Virus record (IMG/VR): IMGVR_UViG_3300045988_080466 | Origin: a virus | Length of the DNA: 64,000 nucleotides | Strand: one strand, 5' to 3' | Part shown: positions 15,731-27,100 of the stretch, piece after piece | Layout of the letters: the number at the start of each line of letters is the position of its first letter | Position numbering within the stretch: position 1 is the stretch's first letter | Notes under the pieces: generated by a model | Databases searched by the model: none | What the model was told of the DNA's origin: nothing | Seen by the model: the letters and a program-made list of their open reading frames with translations, nothing else | Program-made: the position numbers and the translations under genes

Positions 15731-17014
15731 ATGGTTTCTAGAAGAAAACTCAACCAACAGACCAAAAGAAACTCCCAAAATGCTACGGCAGCTTTAGCAA
15801 ATTTTAAGCCTGCCGCTCCTGCAACACCTTCTTACCCTAATTTAGGAACGAGGGTAGGACAGCAACCTCAAGGACTCTCCTTAAGTGAGAGAGATGAAAT
15901 GAGGACTAGGCTAAATAATACTAATGGGAGAAAGATGATTCAAGATACAAATACCAAATTTAGGAACGAGGGTAGGACAGCAACCCAATCTTCTAACTTT
16001 ACTGGTTCATTCAATAATGCATTTGCGGCAGCCAGAAAACAAGGATTAAAACAGTTCCAGTGGAATGGTAAGTTATATGGAACACAATTAGCATCTGCAC
16101 AACAGGCAGCTCAACAAACTAAACAAGCTCCTACTCAAACAGCTAAACCGAACGCTCCTGAATCTACATACCTTGATTCTATGCGGAGAGGTTCTCTTCC
16201 ACAAGTAAATGTAGTAGCACAAAGAGCCGCAACTACTCCTATGCCAGCACCAGTACAAGCAGTTCAAAATGAACCAAGCGCAGATGCTTTAGGTTGGGGA
16301 ACTGGTCAAGGACCTTATCGTTCAGCAGGAACTATTGCTCCTACACGTGGTTTTGATAATAGAGGTGCTTATTCTACAACAGGCGGTTCGCTTACAAATA
16401 CACTAAGTAGTAATCCCACTTATGAAACTTCTCCTCAAATAAGAAGATATACTCCTTCTTATAGATTTCCTGGAGTTCAGAGTAATAAAAAAGGTGGAAA
16501 ACTTGGAGACAAACAACAAGAATTTGTAGCTTACTTGATTCAAGCATCTGGAGTAGAGACCGAAGATGAATTAAATGACTATATTCAAGACTTAGGACAA
16601 GAAGGATTACAAAGAGAATTAGCAAAATTTGAAGAACTTATGACACAAGGAACTGAACAAGTACAAGCAGCAGCTAAGGGTGCAAAATTAAATTATATCA
16701 AATCATTAAGAGGACAATGTCCAGAGGGATTTGAAATGCAATATTTTAAGAAAGGTGGAGTAATGTGTAGCCAATGCATTAAGAAAGCAAAAGCACAGAA
16801 AGCTCCGACTAAAGCAGAGCAAGGAACTAAAGTAGTTCAAGACTTTAAAGCTGACATGAAGAAATGTGGCGGAAAGATGAAAGGCAAAATGAAGAAAAAA
16901 GAAGACGGAGGAAAAGTAAAGACTATTCCCGGAGTTATAGATACTAAAGAAAACAAACTATCTCCAAAAGGTAAAGTACAAATAAAGAAACATTACTTTG
17001 GAGGAAAACTCTAA
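15731..17014 (+). CDS. hypothetical low-complexity Q/A/K-rich protein (possible internal virion/ejected protein)
   Basis: ORF track, 427 aa. Q/A/T/P-rich first two-thirds, Lys-rich tail. KKGGK-type motifs (NKKGGKL, FKKGGVM, YFGGKL). Confidence 0.65.
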   Translation: MVSRRKLNQQTKRNSQNATAALANFKPAAPATPSYPNLGTRVGQQPQGLSLSERDEMRTRLNNTNGRKMIQDTNTKFRNEGRTATQSSNFTGSFNNAFAAARKQGLKQFQWNGKLYGTQLASAQQAAQQTKQAPTQTAKPNAPESTYLDSMRRGSLPQVNVVAQRAATTPMPAPVQAVQNEPSADALGWGTGQGPYRSAGTIAPTRGFDNRGAYSTTGGSLTNTLSSNPTYETSPQIRRYTPSYRFPGVQSNKKGGKLGDKQQEFVAYLIQASGVETEDELNDYIQDLGQEGLQRELAKFEELMTQGTEQVQAAAKGAKLNYIKSLRGQCPEGFEMQYFKKGGVMCSQCIKKAKAQKAPTKAEQGTKVVQDFKADMKKCGGKMKGKMKKKEDGGKVKTIPGVIDTKENKLSPKGKVQIKKHYFGGKL

Positions 17015-17021
17015 ATAACTT

Positions 17022-17609
17022 ATGCAGAAAATATTTCTATATGATAATGTAAATAATAGAATAGAGTTAAATGTTCCGGAAATTTTACTCATTCGTGAGT
17101 TTAAAGCCCTAATGGATAAAAAAAGAAATATTACTCCCAAGGATAAAGAAGGAAAACTTGGAACTCAAGCATTTAAAGAATTTACATATATATGGTTGGC
17201 ATTAGATTGGTTATCTCCTTATGCTGATTATGCAGAACAAGAGAGACACCAAGAAGCTTTAAAGGACGCAGGACTTACTCAAGCAGAATTCGATGACCCA
17301 ATATTCAGGGCAGCTTGTAGAAAATACAGAGCTTTACAAGAAGAAACTCGTTCAATAAAGATGCTAAAAGCAGCTCAAAACACGGTTGATAAATTTATTG
17401 ACTATTTCAATAACATAGACCCAGAGGAGAGAGAATTACAATCTGGCAAACCTATCTTTAAAGTAAAAGATATTATGACAGAAATCTCTAGTTTATCTAA
17501 AGTTAATGATGAACTAAAGGCATTAGAAGGTCAGGTTAAGAAAGAACTCGTTGAAGATTCTTCTTTACGTGGAGGTGCTACTGATGGATTTATACCTAAA
17601 GACTTTTAA
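17022..17609 (+). CDS. hypothetical protein; position compatible with a small terminase subunit (unsupported by motifs)
   Basis: ORF track. Lies immediately upstream of TerL (2-nt gap). No motif recognised. Confidence 0.6.
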   Translation: MQKIFLYDNVNNRIELNVPEILLIREFKALMDKKRNITPKDKEGKLGTQAFKEFTYIWLALDWLSPYADYAEQERHQEALKDAGLTQAEFDDPIFRAACRKYRALQEETRSIKMLKAAQNTVDKFIDYFNNIDPEERELQSGKPIFKVKDIMTEISSLSKVNDELKALEGQVKKELVEDSSLRGGATDGFIPKDF

Positions 17610-17611
17610 TT

Positions 17612-19915
17612 ATGGCTAGAGGAAGAAAAAAGAAAGTTGTTGAAGAACCTACTTTAGATATCCTTCCGGAAAGAGTCCAACGAATATTACAAGAAGTAAA
17701 ACAGAAAGAGGACCAAGAGTTCAAGGATGAAATTACTTCTCTAATAAAGGCTAGAAAAGGAGAATGGGATGTCACTATAAATGATGATATCCCATTTTTT
17801 GATTCCAATCTATCCTACGAACTTACAGGATATAAACCTATCGATGATAAACATGGGTTGGACTTTGACCCAGCTTGGTATACTGAAGCTAAGGATACAT
17901 TTATGAGAACAGGACATTACTGTACTTATAGATTTGGAACCAAGCCTTATAATGACTTCTGGACGCAAGAATATATAAGATGTAGAGATGGAATGACAGT
18001 TAATGGATATACAATTACTGGTGATAATTATTTTTTCTTGAATTATTATCAATTAATGGACTTGACATCAGCTGACAAAGCCGGTGGTGGTAGACTTTAT
18101 GACTTCCCAAGATTTTTTGTAAAACAGTATGAATATTTCCATTACGTTGAATTATGTAAGAGATTAAGAAAAAATGCCATAGGACTTAAAGCCCGTGGAG
18201 TTGGATTCTCTGAAATTGGTGCTGCAATTGCAGTAAACACATATAATTGTAGAAGAAACTCTGTTATAGTTATTGCAGCTCAACTTGAAAATTATCTTAC
18301 TAAGACTCTTAGTAAATGTTGGAAACAGTTGGACTTTTTAAATGACTATACTGATGGAGGATTTTTCAAACTAAGGCAAGTAGAAGATACAGCTCTTAGT
18401 AAGAAAGCATCTGTTTATAAAGTAATAAATGGACAGAAAGTAGAAGCTGGATGGATGTCAGAAATCACTGGTATCAATGCTGATAAGCCAAATAAGATTC
18501 GTGGTGACCGTACCGACTTATTAATATATGAAGAAAGTGGTTCTTGGCCTCAATGGAAAAGAGCTTTCGAACAGGGAGACGCTCTTGTAGGTATTCAGGG
18601 AGCAAAGTTCGGAATTAAAATGGCTTGGGGAACAGGTGGAGATAAAGGTCCTTCACTTGAAGGATTAGCTAAAGCATATGAGGAACCCGATACATATGAT
18701 GCTCTTCCTTACAGACATAGATATACTCCAACTGGTGAAGAAGTTATTACAGCTTACTTTATTCCTGCTTATACTATCATTAATAGACCAGGACTTATTG
18801 ATAAAAGAGGTTGGACAGACCCAGTTAAAGGTAGGGCTTATTATGAAAAGGAAAGAGACAAGAAAGCAGCTGACCCTGAAACTTTAATTATACACTGTGC
18901 TGAATATTGCTTTACAGCAGACGAAGCTCTAGCTTTAGAAGGTACTAATAAATTTAATAAGGTACTTATTTCAGAACAGATTGCAAGAATTAGAGTTGAC
19001 AAACAAGGTCAGAAAATTAGTGTAGGTTCTCTTGAATATAAGTTTAATGGCCCAGTACAAAAAGAAAATATAGTTGGCTTTAAATGGATAGAAAACTCTG
19101 CTCATGGTAAAGTACATATATTGGAACATCCTATTTGGACTATTGATGATAAACAACCTAAGATGAGGGATATGTATGTGGCTGGAATAGACAGTATTGA
19201 TATTGGACAGAAGGAAACTTCGGATGCTACTAAAGACCCTTCTGATTTTTGTATTGTAATTAAGAAAAGAATTAGAGGTCTTACTGACCCTATGTATGTT
19301 GCCTATTATAAGGACAGACCTCAAGACGTAAGAGATGCATATAAAATTGCACTCAAACTTATGGAGTATTACAATTGTCAATGTGTAATTGAAGCATCTA
19401 AAGTTGCCATGATTACATGGGCTAGAGAAAATAAATGTCTTAATAGGTTTATGAGAAGACCTAGGGCTACTATGCCTGATGTTCAAAATGGACAAAGTAA
19501 ACAGTACGGTGCTCCAGCAACAGTGGCAGTTATTGATTTACAGACTGACTTAATTGCAGACTTTGTAAATGACTATTGTCATACAATATGGTTCCCAGAA
19601 ATGCTTGATGAACTTAATCGTTATACTGATGAGAATAAGCGAAAGTTCGATATTGTGGCGGCTATGGGTATGGCTGAACTTGGTGACCAAGAATTACAAG
19701 GAATAATACCTAAAGCTGTTGAAAATGTAGATGATGCATTTCAAGACTTTGGATATTATAGAGACGAGAATGGAATTAAAAGGTGGGGAACTATTCCTAA
19801 AGAGAAACCTAATATTCCTAAATATGATTTATTCCCTTATCATTATGACAACGACAGAACTAGAAGCAGCAATCCTCGACATAATCCGCAGATGCTACAA
19901 AATGGAATATACTAG
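17612..19915 (+). CDS. terL: terminase large subunit
   Basis: 767 aa. ATPase Walker A-like LKARGVGFSEIGAAIAV and Walker B-like TDLLIYEESG. C-terminal nuclease-size domain. Followed by the portal gene. Confidence 0.85.
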   Translation: MARGRKKKVVEEPTLDILPERVQRILQEVKQKEDQEFKDEITSLIKARKGEWDVTINDDIPFFDSNLSYELTGYKPIDDKHGLDFDPAWYTEAKDTFMRTGHYCTYRFGTKPYNDFWTQEYIRCRDGMTVNGYTITGDNYFFLNYYQLMDLTSADKAGGGRLYDFPRFFVKQYEYFHYVELCKRLRKNAIGLKARGVGFSEIGAAIAVNTYNCRRNSVIVIAAQLENYLTKTLSKCWKQLDFLNDYTDGGFFKLRQVEDTALSKKASVYKVINGQKVEAGWMSEITGINADKPNKIRGDRTDLLIYEESGSWPQWKRAFEQGDALVGIQGAKFGIKMAWGTGGDKGPSLEGLAKAYEEPDTYDALPYRHRYTPTGEEVITAYFIPAYTIINRPGLIDKRGWTDPVKGRAYYEKERDKKAADPETLIIHCAEYCFTADEALALEGTNKFNKVLISEQIARIRVDKQGQKISVGSLEYKFNGPVQKENIVGFKWIENSAHGKVHILEHPIWTIDDKQPKMRDMYVAGIDSIDIGQKETSDATKDPSDFCIVIKKRIRGLTDPMYVAYYKDRPQDVRDAYKIALKLMEYYNCQCVIEASKVAMITWARENKCLNRFMRRPRATMPDVQNGQSKQYGAPATVAVIDLQTDLIADFVNDYCHTIWFPEMLDELNRYTDENKRKFDIVAAMGMAELGDQELQGIIPKAVENVDDAFQDFGYYRDENGIKRWGTIPKEKPNIPKYDLFPYHYDNDRTRSSNPRHNPQMLQNGIY

Positions 19916-20156
19916 CAAACTTATAGTGAAAGAACTTCCAGAAGGAGGTTATTCAGCTATATTTGCGATGAATAATATTGATAAACCGTTAGTAATCTCT
20001 GGACAATTAGGGGCTTGCGACTTTTTGAAATATATAGAACAAGAACTTAAAGACAAATGTCTTTGGAGAGTTGAATATTCATTAGGATATCAATCATTCC
20101 CAGAGCCTTGTCCAGAATCACCTGAACAAACAAAATGTAAAAATGAAAGATACTAA
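19902..20156 (+). CDS. hypothetical small protein between TerL and portal
   Basis: Track ORF 19731..20156 trimmed to the internal Met at 19902 (MEYTSKLIVKELPEGG...), so that only 14 nt overlap TerL. Confidence 0.5.
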   Translation: MEYTSKLIVKELPEGGYSAIFAMNNIDKPLVISGQLGACDFLKYIEQELKDKCLWRVEYSLGYQSFPEPCPESPEQTKCKNERY

Positions 20157-22329
20157 AAAGAATGAAGAGTTGATGGAAGCTACCAACAGGGCAATCAGCG
20201 AGCTGGTTTATCCTAAGTACAGGTTGCAAAAAGCATACAACTACTATAACTGCAAAAGAGATGCTGAGCAGTACAGATTTCTTGAAGAAAATTATGGTAT
20301 AGGTCAACCTACATCAGTAGAATTCATACCTCTTATTAGGAAACATGTGGATGCTTTAGTAGGAGAGTTTCTAGGAACTCCAATTCTTCCTAAAGTATCT
20401 TGCAAAGACTCTGCAACGATAAGTGCTATCACTCGTGAAAAAGAAATTGCAATTTCCTCTGAAGTATATGGTCTTCTACAAAAACACTTAAAGAACTCTA
20501 TGCTTAGCTTTATTGACGGAAGAGATATTACAGATAAAGCCATAGAACAACAAATACAAAAGTTGATTGATGATTTAGACCAATCATTTATTTCCCAATA
20601 TGAAATGGCAGCTCAAAATGTCATTGAGTATATTATGCAAAGTAGGGACACTGACCTTATGACTAAACTAAGAATATTGTTTTTAGATTTACTAATAACT
20701 GGTTATGCTTTCTACAGAGTAAAGCCATCTACAAGTAAGGGAAATATTGATATAGAGGTACTTAATCCTTTAAATACATTTATTGATAGAAATCCTGAAT
20801 CTATATATATTAAAGATTCTTATAGAGTTGTTGTAAGAAAATGGCTTACTAAGAATCAAATCTTAAATATATATGGTAGAGATTTATCAAGAGATGATAT
20901 TGCTAAAATTAAAGACTCATGGCATCAAAGCTTTGATACTTCTCATTATTACGTAAGGTCATTTGCTGATGTAAAAAGTGGTGCTCCTATGACAGACGGA
21001 CTTGAAGCAGGAAGAGAAATAGTTCCTGGATTTCCAGATGAAGCTATTCAATCTTACAATTATAAACTAATTCCTGTTTATGAAGTAGAATGGACTGAGA
21101 CTGATAAAGATTACAATCTACAAAGATATGAAACTGTTCGTATAGGACAGGAGATTTATATCTTAAAAGGTAAAAATGAGGAAGTAATAAGAAGTAAAGA
21201 TAATCCTTCTTATTGTAGTTTATCAGTAAATGGAGTCTACTTTAATGATAGAAATAATGAGCCATTCTCTTTAGTATTAGCTTGTGCTAATCTACAAGAT
21301 AGATATGACTTATTACATTTCTATAGAGACAATTTAATTGCAAATAGTGGTACTACTGGAGATTGGTTAGACTTATCAGTGCTCCCAACAGCTCTCGGAG
21401 TTAAACTTCCTGAAAGAATCCAGAAATGGATTGCTTACAAAAAATCAGGAGTTGCAATTATTGATACATCTCAAGAAGGAAGACAATTTAATAGTAATAC
21501 TACATTCTCTGGATTTGATGATACGGTTAAAGCCCAAACTATTCAAGGTATTCAGATTGCAATTGATGCTACTGAACAGACTACAAGTTCTATTACTGGA
21601 GTTTTTAGAGAGCGTTTAAATGGAATCCAACAAAAGGATGCTGTTACTAATGTGCAGACAAGTGTTAATAATTCATTTATTATTACTAAAAAGTACTACC
21701 AACAAATGGATTTAGTAACTAATGAACTTCTTCTTGACTGCTTGAATATAGCTAAGATTGTATATAAGAATGGATTGAAGGGAACTTTAATTCTTGGAGA
21801 TAAATATCAAAGAGTCTTTACTGCACTTCCAAAATACTTTACTGTTAGTGATTATGATATTCATATTGTAACAAGCACTGATGTTATTAAAGACATGGAA
21901 TCTATTAAAGCTATTATTCCTGAATTTATTAAGAGTGGAACTCTAGAACCAGGAATAATCTTTGAAGCATTAACTGCCAAGAGCTTAACTGAACTTAAAT
22001 ATAAAGTACAGAAAGCACTTAAAGTACAGAAGGATGAAAATGGCCAGATGCAGCAACTTATGCAGCAGAATGAACAACTTCAACAGCAAGTACAACAACT
22101 TCAACAACAACTTCAACAAGCTCAAAATAAGGTTGAATCTCTTAATGAAGCTAAGTTACAAATTGAAGATAGAAAGGCTAAAGCTGATGAACAAATCGGA
22201 TGGTATACAGCTAAGACTGATAGAAGGTCTAAAGATTCTAAAGCTGAAAACGACGATAAAAGAACTGAAATTGAGTACGCTCAATTATATGATGGCAATT
22301 CTAATAATAACGAAGTAAGAAATATATAA
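20143..22329 (+). CDS. portal protein
   Basis: 728 aa directly after TerL. N-terminal KAYNYYNCKRDAEQYRFLEENYG is typical of portal N-termini. C-terminal Q-rich coiled coil. Call rests on size and synteny. Confidence 0.7.
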   Translation: MKDTKKNEELMEATNRAISELVYPKYRLQKAYNYYNCKRDAEQYRFLEENYGIGQPTSVEFIPLIRKHVDALVGEFLGTPILPKVSCKDSATISAITREKEIAISSEVYGLLQKHLKNSMLSFIDGRDITDKAIEQQIQKLIDDLDQSFISQYEMAAQNVIEYIMQSRDTDLMTKLRILFLDLLITGYAFYRVKPSTSKGNIDIEVLNPLNTFIDRNPESIYIKDSYRVVVRKWLTKNQILNIYGRDLSRDDIAKIKDSWHQSFDTSHYYVRSFADVKSGAPMTDGLEAGREIVPGFPDEAIQSYNYKLIPVYEVEWTETDKDYNLQRYETVRIGQEIYILKGKNEEVIRSKDNPSYCSLSVNGVYFNDRNNEPFSLVLACANLQDRYDLLHFYRDNLIANSGTTGDWLDLSVLPTALGVKLPERIQKWIAYKKSGVAIIDTSQEGRQFNSNTTFSGFDDTVKAQTIQGIQIAIDATEQTTSSITGVFRERLNGIQQKDAVTNVQTSVNNSFIITKKYYQQMDLVTNELLLDCLNIAKIVYKNGLKGTLILGDKYQRVFTALPKYFTVSDYDIHIVTSTDVIKDMESIKAIIPEFIKSGTLEPGIIFEALTAKSLTELKYKVQKALKVQKDENGQMQQLMQQNEQLQQQVQQLQQQLQQAQNKVESLNEAKLQIEDRKAKADEQIGWYTAKTDRRSKDSKAENDDKRTEIEYAQLYDGNSNNNEVRNI

Positions 22330-22332
22330 TAT

Positions 22333-23088
22333 ATGACTCCTGTATTTAATGTATGTAAATCTAATACTTGCGGATTAACAATCACTGGTCTCTCAAGAGA
22401 GGCCGGTGAGTATCTGCCAGAAGATTCTACTGAAAACATAATTAACACTTTTAAGTACAGTGAAACTGTAACTGTAAATGTTATACAATTAGATAAGATA
22501 GACGAACCTGAATTTATTAAATCTACTGTTGTGCCTCATTTAACTAACACTGATGAAGTAAAAGTAGACATATCTAAAGATGGTAACTACCGTATCTCAC
22601 ATATCATAATTCCCACTACAGAGTGGTTGCAAAAAGAAATAGATAATCCTAACAGTTCTTTATCTTCTTATGCAGTTGTGTATGTTTCTGACGGTTCTAC
22701 AATATATAAGTACATAAATGAAGGGCTTGTTGAATGTCCTGCACTCGAACTTGCTGAAAGAAATCCTGACGGGACTACAATTTCCATAAGTGAAAAAAAT
22801 ACCTTTTCCATTTGTTATTTATCCAAATGTTTTGTTACTTTGTGCAATGAAATTTTAAACATGAACCTTCTTAAATGTAAGAGTAAAAATGCAGATTTGG
22901 ACAACCTAATATTTAAGAGAGATTTTGTTTGGATGACTATTAACGTAATTAAATACTCCGTTAGCCTTGGTCAATATGCAGAAGCCCAAAGAATATTAGA
23001 ACAAGTAAATACTTGCAATGGTTTTTGTGATTCAATTAATAACAAATATAAAACTTTAAACAGAAGTTCTGGATGTGGATGCAATTAG
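22333..23088 (+). CDS. hypothetical virion protein, Cys-rich C-terminus
   Basis: ORF track. Ends ...NTCNGFCDSINNKYKTLNRSSGCGCN. Confidence 0.65.
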   Translation: MTPVFNVCKSNTCGLTITGLSREAGEYLPEDSTENIINTFKYSETVTVNVIQLDKIDEPEFIKSTVVPHLTNTDEVKVDISKDGNYRISHIIIPTTEWLQKEIDNPNSSLSSYAVVYVSDGSTIYKYINEGLVECPALELAERNPDGTTISISEKNTFSICYLSKCFVTLCNEILNMNLLKCKSKNADLDNLIFKRDFVWMTINVIKYSVSLGQYAEAQRILEQVNTCNGFCDSINNKYKTLNRSSGCGCN

Positions 23089-23254
23089 TTTACTTAAACA
23101 GAAAATAATTGAGGATTATAATTCTTACGTGAAAAAACTATATAAGGGATACCGAGAAGACTATTCTTTAATTTTGCACGAAATAAGTTTTATAGAGACT
23201 CATACTAAATTAGATAACTGTGACTTTATTTATCAACAACTAATGTTAGCATAA
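23075..23254 (+). CDS. possible 59-aa ORF with GTG start
   Basis: Hand-read frame VDAISLLKQKIIEDYNSYVKKLYKGYREDYSLILHEISFIETHTKLDNCDFIYQQLMLA. Fills the otherwise empty 23089-23257 gap. The start codon is uncertain. Confidence 0.3.
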   Translation: MDAISLLKQKIIEDYNSYVKKLYKGYREDYSLILHEISFIETHTKLDNCDFIYQQLMLA

Positions 23255-23257
23255 TAT

Positions 23258-24118
23258 ATGTCAGAATATAAAGTACTAGAAGAAGGAGTTCTACTTGATG
23301 ACTGGATGGATGATAATCCAGAACAGCCATATATTCCTAAGAAAACCCCTAGCTGTAATTGCAACACTTGTCCAGACGAAGACGGGCATCTACTAAAGGA
23401 TAACTTCCTTGGGGAGTTCTTAACTGAAGCTGATAAGAGAAGAGCTAGAGAGAACCTAGGGCTCAAAGATATGGAAGGCGATGCAGCCAACATTACTTAT
23501 AAGACAGATACTGACCCTGATATAGAGTCGGTTAAAGATGCCTTAGATAAGTTGTTCTATGTTCCAATAACTATTAGCTCATTTACTGTTTCTCCTAATG
23601 AAGCAGAAACAGGTTCAGAAGTTAATACCCTTACATATAACTGGAAATATAATAAAGAGATTAAACAACAATACTTTGACGGAGAAGAAATTAATGCTTC
23701 ACTTAGAACTAAAACTATAACTGGAGCATTTAAGACTACAACATCTAAAACCTTAACTGCATCGGACGGAACAGAATCCAAATCCAGTACTGCATCTTTA
23801 GTATTCAAGGATGGTAGATATTATGGGGCAAGTGCAACAGACCCAACAGTTTCTGATATGATTTCTTCTTTTACAAGAAGTTTGAATCTTACTAGAGGAA
23901 ACAGTTTTACAGTTAATGCTAGAGAAGGTCAATATATCTATCTTCTAGTCCCATACTCTTTAAAGGATATTTCTTTTTCAGTAGGTGGATTTGAAGGAGG
24001 ATTTTTTATAGTAGACGATAATTACCAATTCACTAGATATGAGGGAACTACTATAAGATGTGTTCTCTTTAGAAGTGATAATCCGGGCTTAGGAAGTACA
24101 ACAGTAACTATTAAATAA
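23258..24118 (+). CDS. hypothetical tail/fibre-associated protein
   Basis: ORF track. The beta-rich middle region (ITISSFTVSPNEAETGSEVNTLTYNWKYN) looks Ig-like. Sits at the head of the fibre gene run. Confidence 0.6.
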   Translation: MSEYKVLEEGVLLDDWMDDNPEQPYIPKKTPSCNCNTCPDEDGHLLKDNFLGEFLTEADKRRARENLGLKDMEGDAANITYKTDTDPDIESVKDALDKLFYVPITISSFTVSPNEAETGSEVNTLTYNWKYNKEIKQQYFDGEEINASLRTKTITGAFKTTTSKTLTASDGTESKSSTASLVFKDGRYYGASATDPTVSDMISSFTRSLNLTRGNSFTVNAREGQYIYLLVPYSLKDISFSVGGFEGGFFIVDDNYQFTRYEGTTIRCVLFRSDNPGLGSTTVTIK

Positions 24119-24119
24119 C

Positions 24120-27100
24120 ATGGCAGTAGAGTTAATTAGCGAAATAGTTCAAAAAGGTGGTCAGGATTTCGCTCTAGTTGATGCCAATAACATTCGTGGA
24201 GGTTTCTACCAAGTAACCGAAATGAGCGAAAGAGATGCAATACCAGACAAAAGAAAAAAGAATGGTATGCTTTGTTTCGTACTCAATGACCCTGACAAGG
24301 TCTTTACATACCAATGGCTTAATGGTTATTGGATTAAAGCACAACTTGGCGGCGGAGGTGGTGGGGATGGAGACACTAGAGTTGAAATAGTATCAACGCC
24401 AGAAGAGCTAGCAAACAGAGTAGACTTGGAAAGAGCTGGACAAATCGTATATATCGAGAGTACAGATGAAGTTCTATTCTGGTCTAATAAAGATAAATGG
24501 AGCTCTTTTGACCATATTAAAATACAAGATACAGAACCAGTTGACGATGATGCAGTATGGATAAATACTAGTCAGAAATCACTACCTCAGTATACAAATC
24601 CAGATTTGGCTACTATAATAGAGGCAGTTGAAGCACTTAGAAAACTGGTAAATAAGCATGAATATGCATTTACACATGAGATGTCAAGTGGGGGTTTTGA
24701 AAATAGTGCAAGACTCGATATGATGAAAGCTGCTTCACCTTTGGAACCAGGAACGGAAACAGAATCGACAGCAGCAGAAGAATATCCAGAATACACTGAA
24801 TATGAAACTCCAAATTTAAAGCACTTAGCTATTAAAGCAGGAACTTACTCAAGCCTGCTTGAGAATACAAGAAACTTTGTAAATAACGAATTACTATGGT
24901 GTACAGACACTAAACAATTATATATTATGAGTAATGGTAGTTTAAATTGGATTAATAAAAGCGGAAGTGGAGGTGGTGGAACCGAGTGGGACCCATCTGT
25001 TCTCGACAAACTGGATACCATTGGATTTGTTACCCCTAGTGGTCAAACATATAGGGTTAAGATTGAGAATGATGGAAAAATGGTTATCTATAAAAAGGAA
25101 ATGGATACACCACAGACTAAACCAACAGGAGGTCAAGAAGACCCTTCGGGCTGGGTTTATGTTACATCACTATTCTTACAGAAGCTATATATAAATTCTA
25201 TATACTGTGGGGGATTAGCATCTGACGAACATAGTTACAACTATTGTTCACATCATTTTGTTGAACTCTCAAATCTAACTAATGAAGATATAAACTTGAA
25301 TGGTCTTTCCTTGCAATATGCAACAGAAGGAACTCAATGGCAAGTACTTCCATTATGGGGAACAATTAAAGCGCAGTCTACATTCTTAATTAGAGGTGCC
25401 CAGTGTTCAGTAATGGATGCAAATACTACTAAGATTAAAGTAAAAACATACGATATGGAATGGAGAGATTCAGGCGGAAATCTAATGAAGTTTGATAACA
25501 ACAAATCCAAATTCTATCTTACTTGGGGAACTACTCCTTCAACAGTAAGAAATCCATATTCAAATGCTGACGGAAACTACAGAGTATCATTGGGATATAT
25601 TGACTTAGTTGGATTTAATAAAGAAAATGCAGAATCCTCTGATACAATTGATGCAAGTGAAAACAAACCATATACATATTTAAGTACTGATAAACTCTTT
25701 ACTAAATATTATGCAATGGACCCAGTAAGTCAGGCTACTAAAGCATTGAATAAAAGAAATAATGCTAATGATTGGTATTTTGTCGACCTTACAAAAGAGT
25801 TAGTTCCGAGCATTGAAGCTTTCACTCCAAGGGCTTCATTTGAAAATAAAACAATATTCTACAATAAATCTAAACTAGTAAGTTTAAAACCTAACCTAAT
25901 ATCTTGTACCTTTGGTAGACAAGCAACTGCTCCAAATGCCACAAGATGTTTTAATTGGGTGTCAGTAGGATACTTTGACGAGTATCTATGGCATAGACCA
26001 AAAGGAAGTAGTGACGAAGGCCCTTGGACTAAAGTAGAATCATTTAAAAACGAAACAGGTATTAGAAAATACTATAATCGTATTAGAATGGAAGCTACTG
26101 ATGGAACTCCATTTACTACTCATAAAGTTATTCTTAAGAACTTATCAGTAGGAACTTATGAGTATAGAGTAGGTAGAGCTGATGCAAATGGTAATCCAAG
26201 TGAATTTGCTAGTGATTCTTTAACATTTGCAGTAAGAGGTACTGATGATATAAAAAACAATTTTACGTTTGTTCAGGTAAGTGACCAACAGGGATTTAAC
26301 TGGGATGAATATAATGTTTGGAGAATATCAGCTGAATATATAAAGAATAATGTTCCAGAAGCGCAGTTCACTATTAATACTGGTGATATGACACAAAATG
26401 GAAATAGAATCAATGAATGGATTGACTATTATAATGCTCGTAAATCCCTATGGGGAGTTGAAGAAATGGTGACTGTTGGTAATAATGACTTATGTCCTGC
26501 CAACATGTATGTATTAGGAAATGGCGGAGACAGTTCCAAAATTAATCCTTCTAATATGTCGTTCTTCTACACATTCGAAATTGATGAAACTAATCCACCT
26601 GTATTTACTATTGAAGGTAAAGAAGTATTCGTTGATTCTCTTTACTCATTTAATTATGGTAATGTACACTTTATGTGTGTGAACTCTGAAATTACTGATT
26701 TAACTGAAACTAATATTTATGGATTAAGTACTGGAAAGATAACCTATCCGTACATTAAACAATGGTGTAAAAAGGACATTGATGCTAATGCTTCTGCTGC
26801 TTGGCAAATTGCTTATTGTCATGAAATGCCATTTACTATTATTACTCAAAATGTTATTCAACAGTTCTACTGGAATGACACAGAAAATAATAAAGTGGAA
26901 AGAAGTGGTAGCCATTTAAATTACAATGTCCCTAATGAAGATAAATACTGGTTTAGTAAGTTCTGCCAAGAAAACAATGTAAGACTTGTTCTTGGTGGAC
27001 ATAAACATACGTACAGCGTTAGTTGGCCGCTTAAAGAGAATTTCTCACAAGATGGAACTCCTATAAGCATGAAGCCAATTATTCAAGTAACTCAATCTGA

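Noticed and set aside
19731-20156. Full-length 141-aa version of the ORF overlapping the TerL 3' end
   Set aside because: It would overlap TerL by 185 nt in another frame. I trimmed it to the Met at 19902, which leaves a typical 14-nt overlap.
22034-22140. CAA/CAG-rich repeat (cagcaacttatgcagcagaatgaacaacttcaacagcaa...) that looks like a microsatellite
   Set aside because: It encodes the in-frame Q/L-rich coiled coil at the portal C-terminus (QQLMQQNEQLQQQVQQLQQQLQQAQ). It is not an independent repeat element, and the overlapping ORF 22034..22318 is out of frame.
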